Counted from the first letter of the stretch, positions 1 to 12,099 are shown. The stretch is DNA of 61,565 nucleotides from Chiloscyllium plagiosum (GCF_004010195.1 NC_057720.1:36000571-36062135); one strand, 5' to 3'. The notes: a model not told the origin generated them from the sequence alone. Made by a program: numbers and translations.

Positions 1-557
1 TGTCTCAAGGTGCACTACAGAAATTCTTTGAACAGCTCCTTCCAAACTCATGACCACGACCATCTTGAACGGCAAGGGCAGCAGATACATTGGAAAATCA
101 CCACCTACAAGTTCCCCTTGAAGTCACTCACCATTGTGGCTGGGAAACATATTATCAATCTTTCATTGTCATGGGTCAAATCCTGGAATTCCCTTTCTAA
201 CAAGATTAAAGTCTACCTTACCAAATAGACTGCAGCAATTTCAGAAGACAACTCTTGCAAAGAAGACATCTGCAATAGCAACTGTATGTATGGAATGAGC
301 TGCCAGAGGAAGTGGTAGAAGAGAGTACAATTACAACATTGAAAAGGCACCGGGATGGATATATGAAGAGGAAGGGTTTCGAGGGATATGGAGCAAATGA
401 CTGTATATGGGACTAGATCAGATTGGGATGTCTGGTTGGTGCAGGTGAGTTGGACTAAAGGGTCTGTTTCCGTGCTGCATGACTCTATGACTCTAATTAA
501 GGTTGGGCAACAAATGCTAGTTAGCTAGTTAAAATCACATTCTCTGAATCAATAAAA
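1..557 (+). mobile_element. 3' end of an old CR1/L2-group LINE, interrupted by a CR1 tail at 283-495
   Basis: Degenerate ORF2 C-terminus (KSWNSL) and tail gggcaacaaatgctag...gaatcaataaaa. A reverse-strand relative starts near 2360. Confidence 0.6.
283..495 (+). mobile_element. CR1/HER1 LINE 3' fragment
   Basis: WNELPEEVV-type ORF2 end and (ATGACTCT)n terminal repeat. Confidence 0.88.
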
Positions 558-1430
558 GAAAGACAGAGGAGGAAGATAAGTTCAGTGTTACATGTAAAAA
601 TTGAATGCAGCATTTCATCCTCACACTGAAACCAGTGAAACACTGCGTACTTCTGCAAATATAGTATGAACTGTAAAATAATAACTAAACCCAAAATGTA
701 AATGATTGTCATACGAATGTCTTTCAAACAAAGAGTGAGCTTGTGCATTATTGTATGGAGTATTACAATATTATTGCAGGGTGAAAATGAAGCTGAAAGA
801 TGAATTACAAAACATGTCACCAAAACCTATCTTAAGTCATAATATTCTGATGCAATTTTTAGGACATTTTTTTATTTTTAGTTTTCTCGATCTCCTTTTT
901 TTTTCCTGCATGGTTTATAAACCTCTTGATACCATTCTCCTAATCAGCATTGAAGGTGCCTGAGAGTAGACTGAACTTGCAAGTAATTTTCTTCACTTTT
1001 GTAGTTTGGCCTGTCCCACATAATATTCCATGGCAAAGATTGCAGACAGTTAAATTACTTCCATGTTTCTACCACTATTCCTCATAACCAGCTGCTAGTT
1101 GGGTGAGAAGAACCAAAATGCCATACCATCTAGATCTCTCCTTCTCTGTTCTGTCACGAGCCCCCTTAAGCTGTTAAGGATATCAGCCGATAATCCATCC
1201 TCAGATCTGTGCAAGTGCCTGTTTATGTTTGCCTTCAAGAGGTCTAGAGGATACAAGCGGAATTACTCTACCATTTCACTTTTCTTACATGTAAAGTAGT
1301 GCTTATTATCTGCTTGACACCTTCATTGGGTAATACAACGGTAATAAAGAACTAGGTTTGTGAAGGATTGTCCAAAAGACACACATACTGTTCGTCAAAA
1401 GTACAGTGCATTTTTTTAAAAGTCCAGTAC

Positions 1431-1649
1431 AAAAGCACAGTACTGTCGATGCTGGAAATCTGAAATGAGAACAAAATTGCTGGAAAAACTGAGCAGGTCA
1501 GGCAACATCTGTGGAAACAAATAGTGTTAATGTTTCAAGATGGTAAACCTGCTGTGTTTTTTCAGCAAAACACAGCAGGTTTATCATCTTGAAACATTTC
1601 CACAGATGTTGCCTGACCTGCTCAGTTTTTCCAGCATATTGTTATTTTC
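1431..1649. mobile_element. Penelope-like (family C) fold-back element
   Basis: Inverted arms 1478-1517/1597-1636 (40/40) and 1531-1560/1567-1596 (29/30); motif gatgttgcctgacctgctcag. Confidence 0.75.
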
Positions 1650-1772
1650 AAGCCTATGATCTAGTTCCTTCTGTTTAAGTTGTGACTTATAACTCTGTTT
1701 ATATCTCATCCCAGTAAATTAGCCCTGGTGTAATCCTTCCCCCATCCCCACAAATTGTTCAAGGAAGAAGTT

Positions 1773-1886
1773 AGGAGAAAATTAGGACTGCAGATGCTGG
1801 AGATCAGAGTTAAGAGTGTAATGCTGGAAAACCCCAAACGTCGAATCTCCTGCTCCTCGGATGCTGCCTGACCTGCTGTGCTTCTC
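1773..1886. mobile_element. Penelope-like (family A) fragment with inversion
   Basis: Minus-strand tail joined to plus-strand ccccaaacgtcgaatctcctgctcctcggatgctgcctgacc. Confidence 0.7.
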
Positions 1887-2359
1887 ACGAAAGTAGTTAC
1901 AAACCAATCCAAACCATTGTGCAGCATATTTTGTTGTGCAGTCAGGTGGTCCAGCAAAATGCTGCATAAACTTTCTGTAAAGTTGTGCATGAATTTATCA
2001 GGTTAATTCAATAATTCTACACTCTTGAAATTAAGTTGTGCTGCAAGGGCATGTGGGGCATAATTAATGCACAATGCTGTAACTTTAATTCTCAAATCCA
2101 CACTGCCTTTGAGAGCTGTTATGTAAGATGACTGAATTCATTTTATTTATTGTAGCATATCTCATTTTTGCTGCTTAGTCTTTGCTGTATAGTTCTAAAG
2201 CACTTCCTCTTGTTAACCTAAATACCAACCAAATTCTGATTGTGTTTTTTCATACAGCAGCAACTTGGTAAAAATAACAAACTTCAATTAATTGCCAGTT
2301 CTGAATAGTCTCTATCAGCTTTCCATATGCTATTTCTGTTCTTTCTTCCAATGTCAATG

Positions 2360-3280
2360 TTGTTGGCATTTGCTGCCAATCCCTCATTGCCCTTGAGAAG
2401 GGGATTGTGAGCTACTTTCCTGAACTGCTGCAGTCCTCCGTGTAGAAAAATGCACAATATGCTGTAGGGTAGATAGTTCCAGGATTTTACAAGTCAAGAT
2501 GGTATGTGGCTTGGAACCTGCAGGTGATGGTGTTACTACGCTTCTGTTGACTTTGTCCTTCTAGGTAGAGAGCTTTGGAGGGTGCTGTCAAGGGTAGCTT
2601 ACTGAGTTACTCCATCTTGGAAGAGGGAATGAAAGTTTAAGTTGCAGGATAAAGTTTAAGTTGCTGCTCATAGAGATTTTGTCGTACTAGATGGTGATAT
2701 TGGGGGATTCAGTGCTGGTAATGCCACTGAATATCAAAGGAGAGAGTTTCTCTCCTGTTGGAGATGGTCATTGCCAGCACTTGTGCGGTATGAAAGTTAC
2801 TTACCGCATATTAGTTCAAGCCTGAGTGGAGTCTACATCTTGCTGTATAAAAACACAGACTCTTCAAATTTTTGAGGATTTGCGAATTAGAATTTATTTT
2901 AGAATTAGAATTAGAATCCCTACAATGTGGAAACAGGCCCTTCAGCCCAACAAGTTCACACAGACCCTCCGAAGAGTATCCCACCGAAACCCATTCCCCA
3001 TTATTCTACATTTACCTCTGACTAACGCACCTAACCTACATATCCCTGAACACTATGGGCAACATAGATGTCCAATTCACCTAACCTGCACATCTTTGGA
3101 TTGTGGGAGGAAACCCACACAGACACTGGGAGAATGTGCAAACTCCACACAGACAGTCACCTGAGGCTGGAATCGAACCTAGGTTCCTGGCGCTGTGAGA
3201 CAACAGTGCTAACCACTGAGCCACCATGCCACCCCAGTGGTACTGAACATTGTACAATCATCGCAAACATCCCTTCTCAT
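2360..3280 (-). mobile_element. Old CR1/L2-group LINE fragment with a nested HE1 SINE
   Basis: Reverse complement resembles 1-557 and 47220-47790. Confidence 0.55.
2887..3234 (-). mobile_element. HE1 SINE (tRNA-derived V-SINE)
   Basis: tRNA head ggtggctcagtggttagcactg, V-domain tgtgtggagtttgcacattctcc, HER1-like tail, (TTCTAA)n. Confidence 0.92.
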
Positions 3281-3371
3281 TGATGTAGAGTATTGATCTG
3301 ATTCATTGGTTGTGAGATTGCATGGCTCAGTTTATTGAATGCTGCTTTAAGTATTTGATTTGGCAAGCACT

Positions 3372-3968
3372 TAGAGTCATAGAGATGTACAGCATGGAAA
3401 CAGACTCTTCGGTCCAACCCATCCATGCCGACCAGATATCCCAACCCAATCTCGTCCCACCTGCCAGCACCCGGCCCATATCCCTCCAAACTCTTCCTAT
3501 TCATATACCCATCCAAATGCCTCTTAAATGTTGCAATTGTATCAGCCTGTACTATATCCTCTGGCAGCTCATTCCATACACGTACCACCCTCTGCGTGAA
3601 AAAATTGCCCCATAGGTCTCATATCTTTCCCCTCTCACCCTAAACCTATGCCCTCTAGATCTGGACTCTCTGACCCCAGGGAAAAGACTTGTCTATTCAC
3701 CCTATCCATGCCCCTCATAGTTTTGTAAACCTCTATAAGGTCACCCCTCAGCCTCCAACGCTCCAGGGAAAACAGCCCCAGCCTGTTCAGCCTCTCCCTG
3801 TAGCTCAGATCCTCCAGCATCCTTGTAAATCTTTTCTGAACCCTTTCAAATTTCACAACATCTTTCCGATAGGAAGGAGACCAGAATTGCATGCAATATT
3901 CCAACAGTGGTCTAACCAATGTCCTGTACAGCCGCAACGTGACCTCCCAACTCCTGTACTCAATACTC
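3372..3968 (-). mobile_element. CR1/HER1 LINE 3' fragment
   Basis: LYRTLVRPLLEYCMQFWSP...RLRGDLIEVYK; terminal repeat. Confidence 0.92.
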
Positions 3969-3970
3969 TG

Positions 3971-5020
3971 ATGTACAGCACATTAACAGACCCTTTGGTG
4001 CAACTCATCCATGCCAACCAGTATCCTAAATTAAGTTAGAGATGGTGAGAATGCGAGAGAACAGAATGGATATAGAGTGGAGCTGGAAAAAGCCAAGTAG
4101 GTCAAACAGCATCAGAGGAGGAGGGGAGTCGTTCATCAGTCCTGATGAATGGTTCCAACGTGATATGTCGACTCCCCTCCTCCTCTGATGCTGCTTGATC
4201 TACTATGGTTTTTCCAGCTCCACTCTTTATCCACACAGTATCCTAAATTATTCTACTTCTACTTGCTCGCATTTAGCCTATGTCCCTCCAAACTCCTTCT
4301 ATTTATGTACCCAGATACCTATTAAATGTTGTAATTGTACTAGCCTCTACCACCTCCTCTGGCAGCTCATTCCAAACACGCACCACTGTTTATGTGAAAA
4401 AGTTGTTCCTTAGGTCCCTTTTAAATCTTTCTCCTCTCACATTAAACCTATGCTGTCCAATTTTGGACTCCCCTATCCTGAGGAAAAGACCTTGGCTAAT
4501 CACTCTGTCCATGCCCACATGATTTTATAAATCTCCATAAGTTCACTCATCAGCCTCTGACACACCAAGAAAAGTAGCCCCAGTCTATTCAGCCTTCTCC
4601 TATAGATCCAACCTGCCAACCTTGGCAACATCCTTGTAAATATATTTTGTACCTTCTCAAGTTTCATAGCATTTTTCCTATAGCAGGGAGGTCAGAATTG
4701 AACGCAGTGTTCCATTGGCCTAACTAATGTCTTGTACAGTGTAACATGACTACCTAATCCCTATACTCAATGCATTGACCAATAACAGCAGGTGTACCAA
4801 CCACCTCCTTCAGTACCCTGTCTACCTGCAACTATACTTTCAAGGAACTATGCACGTGCACCCTATGGGCTCTTTGTTCAGCAACACTCCCCAGGACCTT
4901 GCCCTTAAGGATATAAGTCCTGCCCTGACTTGCCTTGCCAAAATGCAGCACCTCACGTTTATCTAAATTAAACTCCACCTGCCACTCCTTGGCCCATTTG
5001 CCCAGCTGTTCAAGGTCCCT
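3971..5020 (-). mobile_element. Older CR1 LINE 3' fragment with a nested PLE hairpin
   Basis: Colinear with the other CR1 copies; interrupted at 4034-4235. Confidence 0.85.
4034..4235. mobile_element. Penelope-like fold-back insertion (family A relative) with 15-bp TSD
   Basis: Arms 4067-4131/4169-4233; TSD cagtatcctaaatta at 4019-4033 and 4236-4250; decayed CTGATGA core at 4142. Confidence 0.8.
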
Positions 5021-5030
5021 TTTTAGGTGT

Positions 5031-5114
5031 CCACTGCCTCACAGCGCCTGAGACCCGGGTTCAATCCCCACCTCAGGCGACGGACTGTGTGGAGTTTGCA
5101 TGTTCTCCCCGTGT
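5031..5114 (+). mobile_element. HE1 SINE 5' part running into the gap
   Basis: ctgcctcacagcgcc...gggttcaatccc...tgtgtggagtttgca. Confidence 0.85.
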
Positions 5115-5614
5115 NNNNNNNNNNNNNNNNNNNNNNNNNNNNNNNNNNNNNNNNNNNNNNNNNNNNNNNNNNNNNNNNNNNNNNNNNNNNNNNNNNNNNN
5201 NNNNNNNNNNNNNNNNNNNNNNNNNNNNNNNNNNNNNNNNNNNNNNNNNNNNNNNNNNNNNNNNNNNNNNNNNNNNNNNNNNNNNNNNNNNNNNNNNNNN
5301 NNNNNNNNNNNNNNNNNNNNNNNNNNNNNNNNNNNNNNNNNNNNNNNNNNNNNNNNNNNNNNNNNNNNNNNNNNNNNNNNNNNNNNNNNNNNNNNNNNNN
5401 NNNNNNNNNNNNNNNNNNNNNNNNNNNNNNNNNNNNNNNNNNNNNNNNNNNNNNNNNNNNNNNNNNNNNNNNNNNNNNNNNNNNNNNNNNNNNNNNNNNN
5501 NNNNNNNNNNNNNNNNNNNNNNNNNNNNNNNNNNNNNNNNNNNNNNNNNNNNNNNNNNNNNNNNNNNNNNNNNNNNNNNNNNNNNNNNNNNNNNNNNNNN
5601 NNNNNNNNNNNNNN
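5115..5614. other. Assembly gap (500 N)
   Basis: Run of N. The ORFs crossing it are artefacts. Confidence 0.99.
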
Positions 5615-6538
5615 CTTTTATTGGGAACTTGCTACAGATATGGAATATTAACAATAATACAAGGCAGAAGTGTCAGGATAGCAATTGCTTATCGGGCTTT
5701 ATCACAGAATATGAAACTGTATCGCATGAAATCCACCAGTGGCTGAATAGATATGCCAATTCATTTTGAATGTCCGCTTTGACAAGCTAGGCTGCTCTTA
5801 TTGAATGGCATCAGTGAATGCGAGCTTCCTTGTGCATTTCCTATTCTCCTGCTTTCTTTGCTAAGCCTTCCTTGTAAAATTGAAAAAGACACAGAATAAA
5901 AGTAATACCAGTTCAAGTATTTTTTTAAAATGATAAGAAGGAAAAGTATATGAAGGCTTGTTTAGATAACATTAAGATGGCTATTGTTGAAGGAAGGCTG
6001 TGTGAGATATAAGCTGCAAACCCTGATGACATTCTCTCTAATACAAGTGTTTAATATTTGATGTATTGGGATAAAAAGGATCTCTTTTGAATCAAATTGA
6101 GTTCCTAAGTAAGAATCTATTACAGGATGACTTTTGTGATTTGACAGCCAAGTGGACGATGTTATTCTTGACTAGTTACTGCAATCGGTTTGCAGTCGAG
6201 TTAGATTTTTTTTCTCTGCTTGAGTAAATGCAGCTTATCCAATGCTTTGAAGACTGTCTACTGGAGCAAGTACAGAAAATCAGAATTTGCCGAGGGATTC
6301 TTTCCCTGAATTGTTTCTGACATAATAAACATAATGTTTTTTGCTAATGATTTAATTTTGTGTTTAAGTTTGATTACAATGATGGAATTGTTTTAAAGAA
6401 GAACTTAGGCCAGCTATATCTTTTCAAATTGATCAGACTGGTAAACAGAAGATCACAGTAATGTTACAGGCAGTATAATTTACCTCCTTACTTTTATGGT
6501 ATTTCTGATTCATTTATGTTTAACCCAACAAACCAGGT

Positions 6539-6590
6539 GCCTTACCTTACAGAGGAAAGATATGGCCTTACCTTACAGAGAAAGGATATG
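6539..6590. repeat. 26-bp tandem duplication
   Basis: gccttaccttacagagRaaRgatatg x2. Confidence 0.9.
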
Positions 6591-6607
6591 GCTACCATAT
6601 GAGTGAG

Positions 6608-6814
6608 GCGAAAGTGAGGACTGCAGATGCTGGAGATCAGAGTCAAGTTTAGAGTGGTGCTGGAAAAGCACAGCAGGTCAGACAGCATCTGAGGAGCAGG
6701 AAAATCGACGTTTCGGGCAAAAGCTCTTCATGAAGGGCTTTTGCCCGAAATGTCGATTTTCCTGCTCCTCTGCTGCTTGACCTGCTGTGCTTTTCCAGCA
6801 CCGCTCTAATCTTA
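6608..6814. mobile_element. Penelope-like (family A) fold-back insertion
   Basis: Arms 6645-6730/6731-6813 meet at ttca|tgaa; TSD ctaccatatgWgtKag at 6592-6607 and 6815-6830 (14/16). Confidence 0.85.
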
Positions 6815-7604
6815 CTACCATATGTGTTAGTCTGATTTTTGAACAGTAGTGTTTACTTTTAAGTTTAGCTATCATGTTCAATGATTCAAAATGCCGAAAA
6901 TGACTCTTTCAAATATGGCACCCAGAATTTTTCTTTTAAATTCCACAATACTGTAACTGCATGGTAAGAATAGGATTCGAAAGGAGGGAACTTTTCGCAT
7001 CATGACTAGTAAGGAAATCCAATAATTCTATTGTGCTTCAAGAGAGAGCCAGCCAGATACAAGAGACCTGAATCTTAAACTTGTTTAGTTTATCAAAGTA
7101 TTTCAATATTGAAATCCAAAAATGCCTTAGTTTCTGTAAAAGAGCATTTCTTCTCTTCACTAGTTAAAGCAGTAGAGTGCAATATGGACTAGGTGTGAGC
7201 GTGAAAAATGGATGTTGTTGTGGAACTCAGACTGAATGAGATATAGTCTTGATGCACTCTTGGGCTCCAATGGAGTACATGTATGGAGCACCACTTCATT
7301 TTTTTACTAGTGTCAAGTTGTAGTGTACATCTGCAGTTTAGATTTGACCTGACTCAATCATGGATTGAACCACCCTCGTAAAGGGATTTTTTTTCAATTC
7401 CGTATCAGGCTCATTGGCTGAGGTTCTGGTTCTGGAAACCAGAGGCATCACATTAATGCCTTAGTTGTACTTTAGTTGAAGCCTGTTTCTTCAGTGGGAA
7501 GTTTTCATTTTTGCACTGGCTTAATTTCTTTTTATCCTGAAGTTTGGCAGAAAACTTGAGTCCTGAAATCCCTCTATTGATCAAATATAAGACAAAACTT
7601 GATT

Positions 7605-7940
7605 TTAGATGGTACCTTTCACAACCTCAGAATGTGCAAAGCATATCATGGACACATATAATGTACTAAAATGCATCAGCTAATTTGTGCACAGCAATAA
7701 CTACTAAACTGCAGTGAGATTAATGGCAGATACTCTGTTTGTGATGTATACAGGAGATATATTATCCAGGACACCACATTGTACTCCCTGATCCTTCATA
7801 TGTCACTAAGAGATCTTTTACATTTACCTCAGTTTAAAATCTTATCAGAAAATAAAGCAGCCTCAACAGCTTGGCATTTTCATGGTACTGCCTTGTGTCA
7901 ACCTGGATTATGATTCTGCAGGATGGCACATGAACCAATG
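7605..7940 (-). mobile_element. Old Deu-domain SINE (SacSINE1/AmnSINE1-like)
   Basis: Degenerate match to recalled Deu-domain motifs (taaaagatc..., ggtgtcctgg, gctgtgcacaaatt). Confidence 0.5.
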
Positions 7941-9083
7941 GCAACAATTTCTGAGTAAGATTTCCATCTGAGTAAAGGTCTCTCCCTTAAGATGTTTGTA
8001 CAAATTTGGACATATGGAGTTAAGAATTTACTTGGAGATCATTATCTCAGTTGGATATTGGATCCCGCGTTTCAGAACTATTTGATTTCTGGGAGAAGTA
8101 TGTTGGTAAGTGGATGAGTTTTAGTTTTGGTGTGTCTGCAAAATTATATGTTTCAAAAACTCAATGTAGGATGAAAGAGATTCACTGTGTGGTATCTTGA
8201 CACTCTTTTTTGACAATGGCTTGACATATTATTGATGAGATGTAAACGTTTCAAGTGTTGTCATCAAGTAGCTGAATTCTCATTCTCAATAAACCATACC
8301 TGTGACTGTGATCTTTTCACATTAAATAAGTTTATTTTAGTTTCTCATTGGATTTATTTCCTTAAAATGTACAGATGGGAGCTTATGTCAGATTTGGCTG
8401 AAGTCATGCCAGAAGTTGTTCTTTCTAAATAGCATAGTACCAAAAATCTATTACTGCCTTATCTCTCTGAAGTAAAAGAATATGATTTCAGGGCAGTGTG
8501 ATTTTAGGTATGTAGGTCACATGTCCCAAAGATTGGCATGGGTCATAGCAATCAGCATGTTCTTTTGGCTGTTAACAATGGACAAGGTACTGAATGTACA
8601 TAACCAGTGAGTGCATGAAAAACCCACAACAGATTGTCCAACATTAGATGTGATTCTATAATTGGAATTGCTGAATAATCCTGTTTGTGCGAAGAGTTGC
8701 ACTGTCAACCAATTTAGGTTTGTAACTCAGGCTTGCAATGTGGTGGACCTAAGCAGGCTGGAAGCTAAATGTTTGCAGACTGAGAGAATTGTACAGTACT
8801 GCGCCAGTTTCAACTTAACAAAAGGTGTCGGGAATTATTCACGGATTCATTTCTCAGGGACATCAGCAAGCAATCAGTATCATCCACAAGGTGCTGTGGG
8901 CCATCAGCAACAGTAGAACTGTCCACAACCACAACAGTAAACCTGTGTCCCAGTATGCCATCCACTTTATCATCATTGTCAAGCCAGGAGATCAACCTAG
9001 TTCAGTGAAGAAGCAGGTGGGCATATGAGGAACAGCACTATGGAAACCTAAAACTTTGGTGTCACCTTGGTGAAGCTGGTGAA

Positions 9084-9218
9084 GCTTCATTCCTGAAGAA
9101 GGGCCTGTGCCCGAAACGTCGAATCTCCTGTTCCCTGGATGCTGCCTGACCTGCTGTGCTGTTCCAGCAATAAAGTTTCAACTTTGATCTCCAGCATCTG
9201 CAGACCTCACTTTCTCCT
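9084..9218 (+). mobile_element. Penelope-like (family A) 135-bp terminal-repeat insertion
   Basis: TSD tgaagctggWgaa at 9071-9083 and 9219-9231; 96 bp identical to 27912-28007. Confidence 0.85.
9089..9124 (+). ncRNA. Minimal type I hammerhead ribozyme motif (intact)
   Basis: ATTC-CTGAAGA-A-GGGC(ctgt)GCCC-GAAA-C-GTC^-GAAT; stem I ATTC/GAAT; predicted cleavage after 9120. Confidence 0.8.
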
Positions 9219-9750
9219 TGAAGCTGGAGAACAGGGCGATTCACATGCAATATGTGGAAGCTGCATGCAACAGATAAGGCAGATCTAACCTCTTCAGTCT
9301 AACACATGCAGTTCTGAATAATACTGCATTAAACAACTCACTGGAGGGTGAGGATCCACAAATATCTGCAACCTTAACACTGAGGAGTCTAGTATATCAA
9401 TGGAAAAGACAAGGTTAAAGTATTCATATCCATCTTCAGCCATAACTGCCAAATGGCCACCGCCTGAGATCCTTAATAACACAGCTGTTTGATTCAATCC
9501 ACGTAATATCAAGAAATAGCTGAAGGCACTGGATACTGCAAAAGCTGTTGCCCTAATAACATTCCGGCAATAGAACCAGAAACTAGATGCAGTACTTGCT
9601 AGGCTGCACCAGGCCAGCTACAGCACTGGCATGTACCCGATAATGTAGAAAACTACCAAGGTTCATCTTGTCCAGAAAAAGCAAGAGCAAATCCAACCTG
9701 GCCAATTATTGCTCCATTGGTCTGCTCTGAAACATCAGCAAAATGATGTG

Positions 9751-10070
9751 ATGGCCTACTGGTGTTATTACTGGACTGTTAATCCAGAGAGCGAAGTAAT
9801 GTTCTGGAGAGCTGGGTCGAATCCCACCACAGCTGATGGTGGAATTTGAATTCAGTAAAAAATCTGGAATCTACTGATGACCATGAATCTGCTGACAATT
9901 GTCAGGAAAACCCATCTGCTTCACTGATGTACTTTCGGGAAGGAAACTGCCACTTTCACTTGGTCTGGTCTACATGTGACTCCAGACCCACAGTAATGTG
10001 GTTGACTCTTAAGAATAGGTAACAAATGCTGACACAACCAGTGACACCCTTGTCCCATGAGACAATTTTG
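9751..10070 (+). mobile_element. Second tRNA-derived SINE family
   Basis: A/B-box head (tggcctactgg...gggtcgaatccc); central tggtctggtctacatgtgactccagacccac; multiple copies in the window. Confidence 0.7.
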
Positions 10071-10171
10071 AAAATGTGATAGAAGGAGTGCCTAACAACG
10101 TTAACATGGTGCACTTGCACAAGAATAACCAGCTCAGTTGTGGGATTGCTTAATTCTGTCTGTTGCATGTT

Positions 10172-10369
10172 ACTTCCAGAGGAAGTGGTAGAGGCTGGTA
10201 TAATTACAACATTTAAAAGGCATCTGGATCGGTATATGAATAGGAACAGTTTAGAAGGATATGGGCCAAATGCTGGCAATGGGACTAGATTTATTTAGGA
10301 TATCTGGTTTGCATGGACAAGCTGGACTCCAGAATCTGTTCCCATGCTGTACATTTCTATGACTCCATA
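10172..10369 (+). mobile_element. CR1/HER1 3' fragment
   Basis: PEEVVEAG-type end and ctatgactc tail. Confidence 0.88.
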
Positions 10370-10589
10370 AGTAGTCCTGTGTTGTAGTTTCACAAGGTTG
10401 AAACCTAATTTTTACATGCATTGTTGCTGTTCCTGGCAGACCCTCTGCATTCTTCAAGCCAAAGTTGATCGCCTGGCTTTAAGGCAATGGTAGAGCTATG
10501 AGTTAAACATTGTGGTTGAATACAAATCTACTGCTGCAGATGGCCCACAGTGCCCTGTGGATACCCTGTTTTGAGTTATTGGACCTAGT

Positions 10590-10883
10590 ACGGTGGCTCA
10601 GTGGTTAGCACTGCTGCCTCACAGCACCAGGGTCCCAGGTTTGATTCCAACCTCGGACGACTGTCTGTGTGGAGTTTGCACATTCTCCCCGTGTCTGCGT
10701 GGGTTTCCTCTGGGTGCTCCGGTTTCCTCCCACAGTCCAAAGATGTGCAGGTCAGGTGAATTGGCCATGCTAAATTGCCCGTAGTGTTAGGTGCATTAGT
10801 CAGAGGAAAATGGGTCTGGGTGGGTTACTCTTCGGAGGGTCGGTATTTCCAGGGCCTGTTTCCAGGGAATCTAATCTAATCTA
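10590..10883 (+). mobile_element. HE1 SINE
   Basis: tRNA head, V-domain, (AATCT)n tail. Confidence 0.93.
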
Positions 10884-11837
10884 TTTAAAGTCAGTCCCAT
10901 TTAGCATAATGGTAGTGTCACACAACTCGATTCGCACCGAGCTGTGAATTAATTTTAAAAATCGAGAAAAGCTGAATGTTGTGCATTGTTTTCCCCCACC
11001 TTTCATTCTACTTTGTTCATCCTTCCATTTGTTCTTTCAGTTTACTTGTTTATGTGACAAAATCTAAGGGAAATAACAGAGGCTAACAGAAACCTGACCA
11101 AATTTATTTTCTGTCAACCTCACTTTTTTTGTGGCTACCATTTAGTAATTAAAATTACTGGCCTAAAAACAATGACTGATGAGCCTAGTGGTTAAATAAT
11201 CCCTAATTTCTTCATTTAGCTTCGTAATTTTACAAAGTATTGCAAAGCTGCACTTTTTGAAATGGTTAGTTTTAAACTGGGATTTTAGCCAAGTAAACAA
11301 GTGGAATCAGTGAGAATGGAACAAGAGCATTCCTTATTTTGAATAAGAACACGTATGAGATATGAAGAACTAGTTTTCAGATAAACTACTTACAAGATAA
11401 TTAGTTCGAGGAAGGGAAATGCAAATAGTGAGCAACCTACCCTCTTTTTATTGGAGTGCAGTGAACCTTTCTTGTGTAGCTGCTTATGTGTGGAAACCTA
11501 AAGGGGCCACTTTGTACATGACCTGCATGGAAACTTTAATGTTTGCTGCCGAGGTTAAAGAGAACATTGGTGGTCAGTGCCATTGATGTACATATAATGA
11601 AAGGTGATTGCTTGACTCTTGATGGTATCATGAAGAAATAGCATGGTGATGTAGCTGAGGATAGATTTCTGGAGAATGATGCAAGTTGCAATGGTCGTTC
11701 AGTTTTACTTGTAGGTTGATTGATATACGAAAAATTAATGACGTAGCAAGATACTGAAATAGCATAATTGTTTTAAATATAAAAATTATAAAGCATTTAA
11801 ATAGTCTCTTTTGAATGCATCTCCCACAGAGTTTGTT

Positions 11838-12099
11838 AAGATTAGATTAGATTTCCTACAGTGTGGAAACAGGCCCTTCGGCCCAACCAGTCCAAACCGA
11901 CCCTCCGAAGAATAACCCACCCAGACCCATTTCCCTCTGACTAATGCACCTAACACTATGGGCAATTTAACATAGCCAATTCACCTGACCTGCACATCTT
12001 TGGATTGTGGGAGGAAACCAGAGCACCGGGAGGAAATCCACGCAGACACGAGGAGAATGTGCAAACTCCACACACACAGTCACCCGAGGCTGGAATCGG
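11838..12099 (-). mobile_element. HE1 SINE, 5'-truncated
   Basis: Reverse complement of the 10590 copy. Confidence 0.92.

Larger units (their letters stand above)
8500..9748 (+). mobile_element. Old CR1/L2-group LINE internal fragment (early RT region)
   Basis: Decayed motifs such as aaatccaacctggccaattattgctccattggtctgct (KSNxANYxxIxL); hosts a PLE at 9084. Confidence 0.6.

Noticed and set aside
1478..1636. Hairpins as miRNA genes or MITEs
   Set aside because: The arms are PLE terminal-repeat sequence, and related hairpins have long variable TSDs and asymmetric ends, unlike DNA-transposon TIRs. There is no expression evidence for miRNA.
5027..5769. Four long ORFs (183-239 aa)
   Set aside because: They are open only because they cross the 500-N gap.
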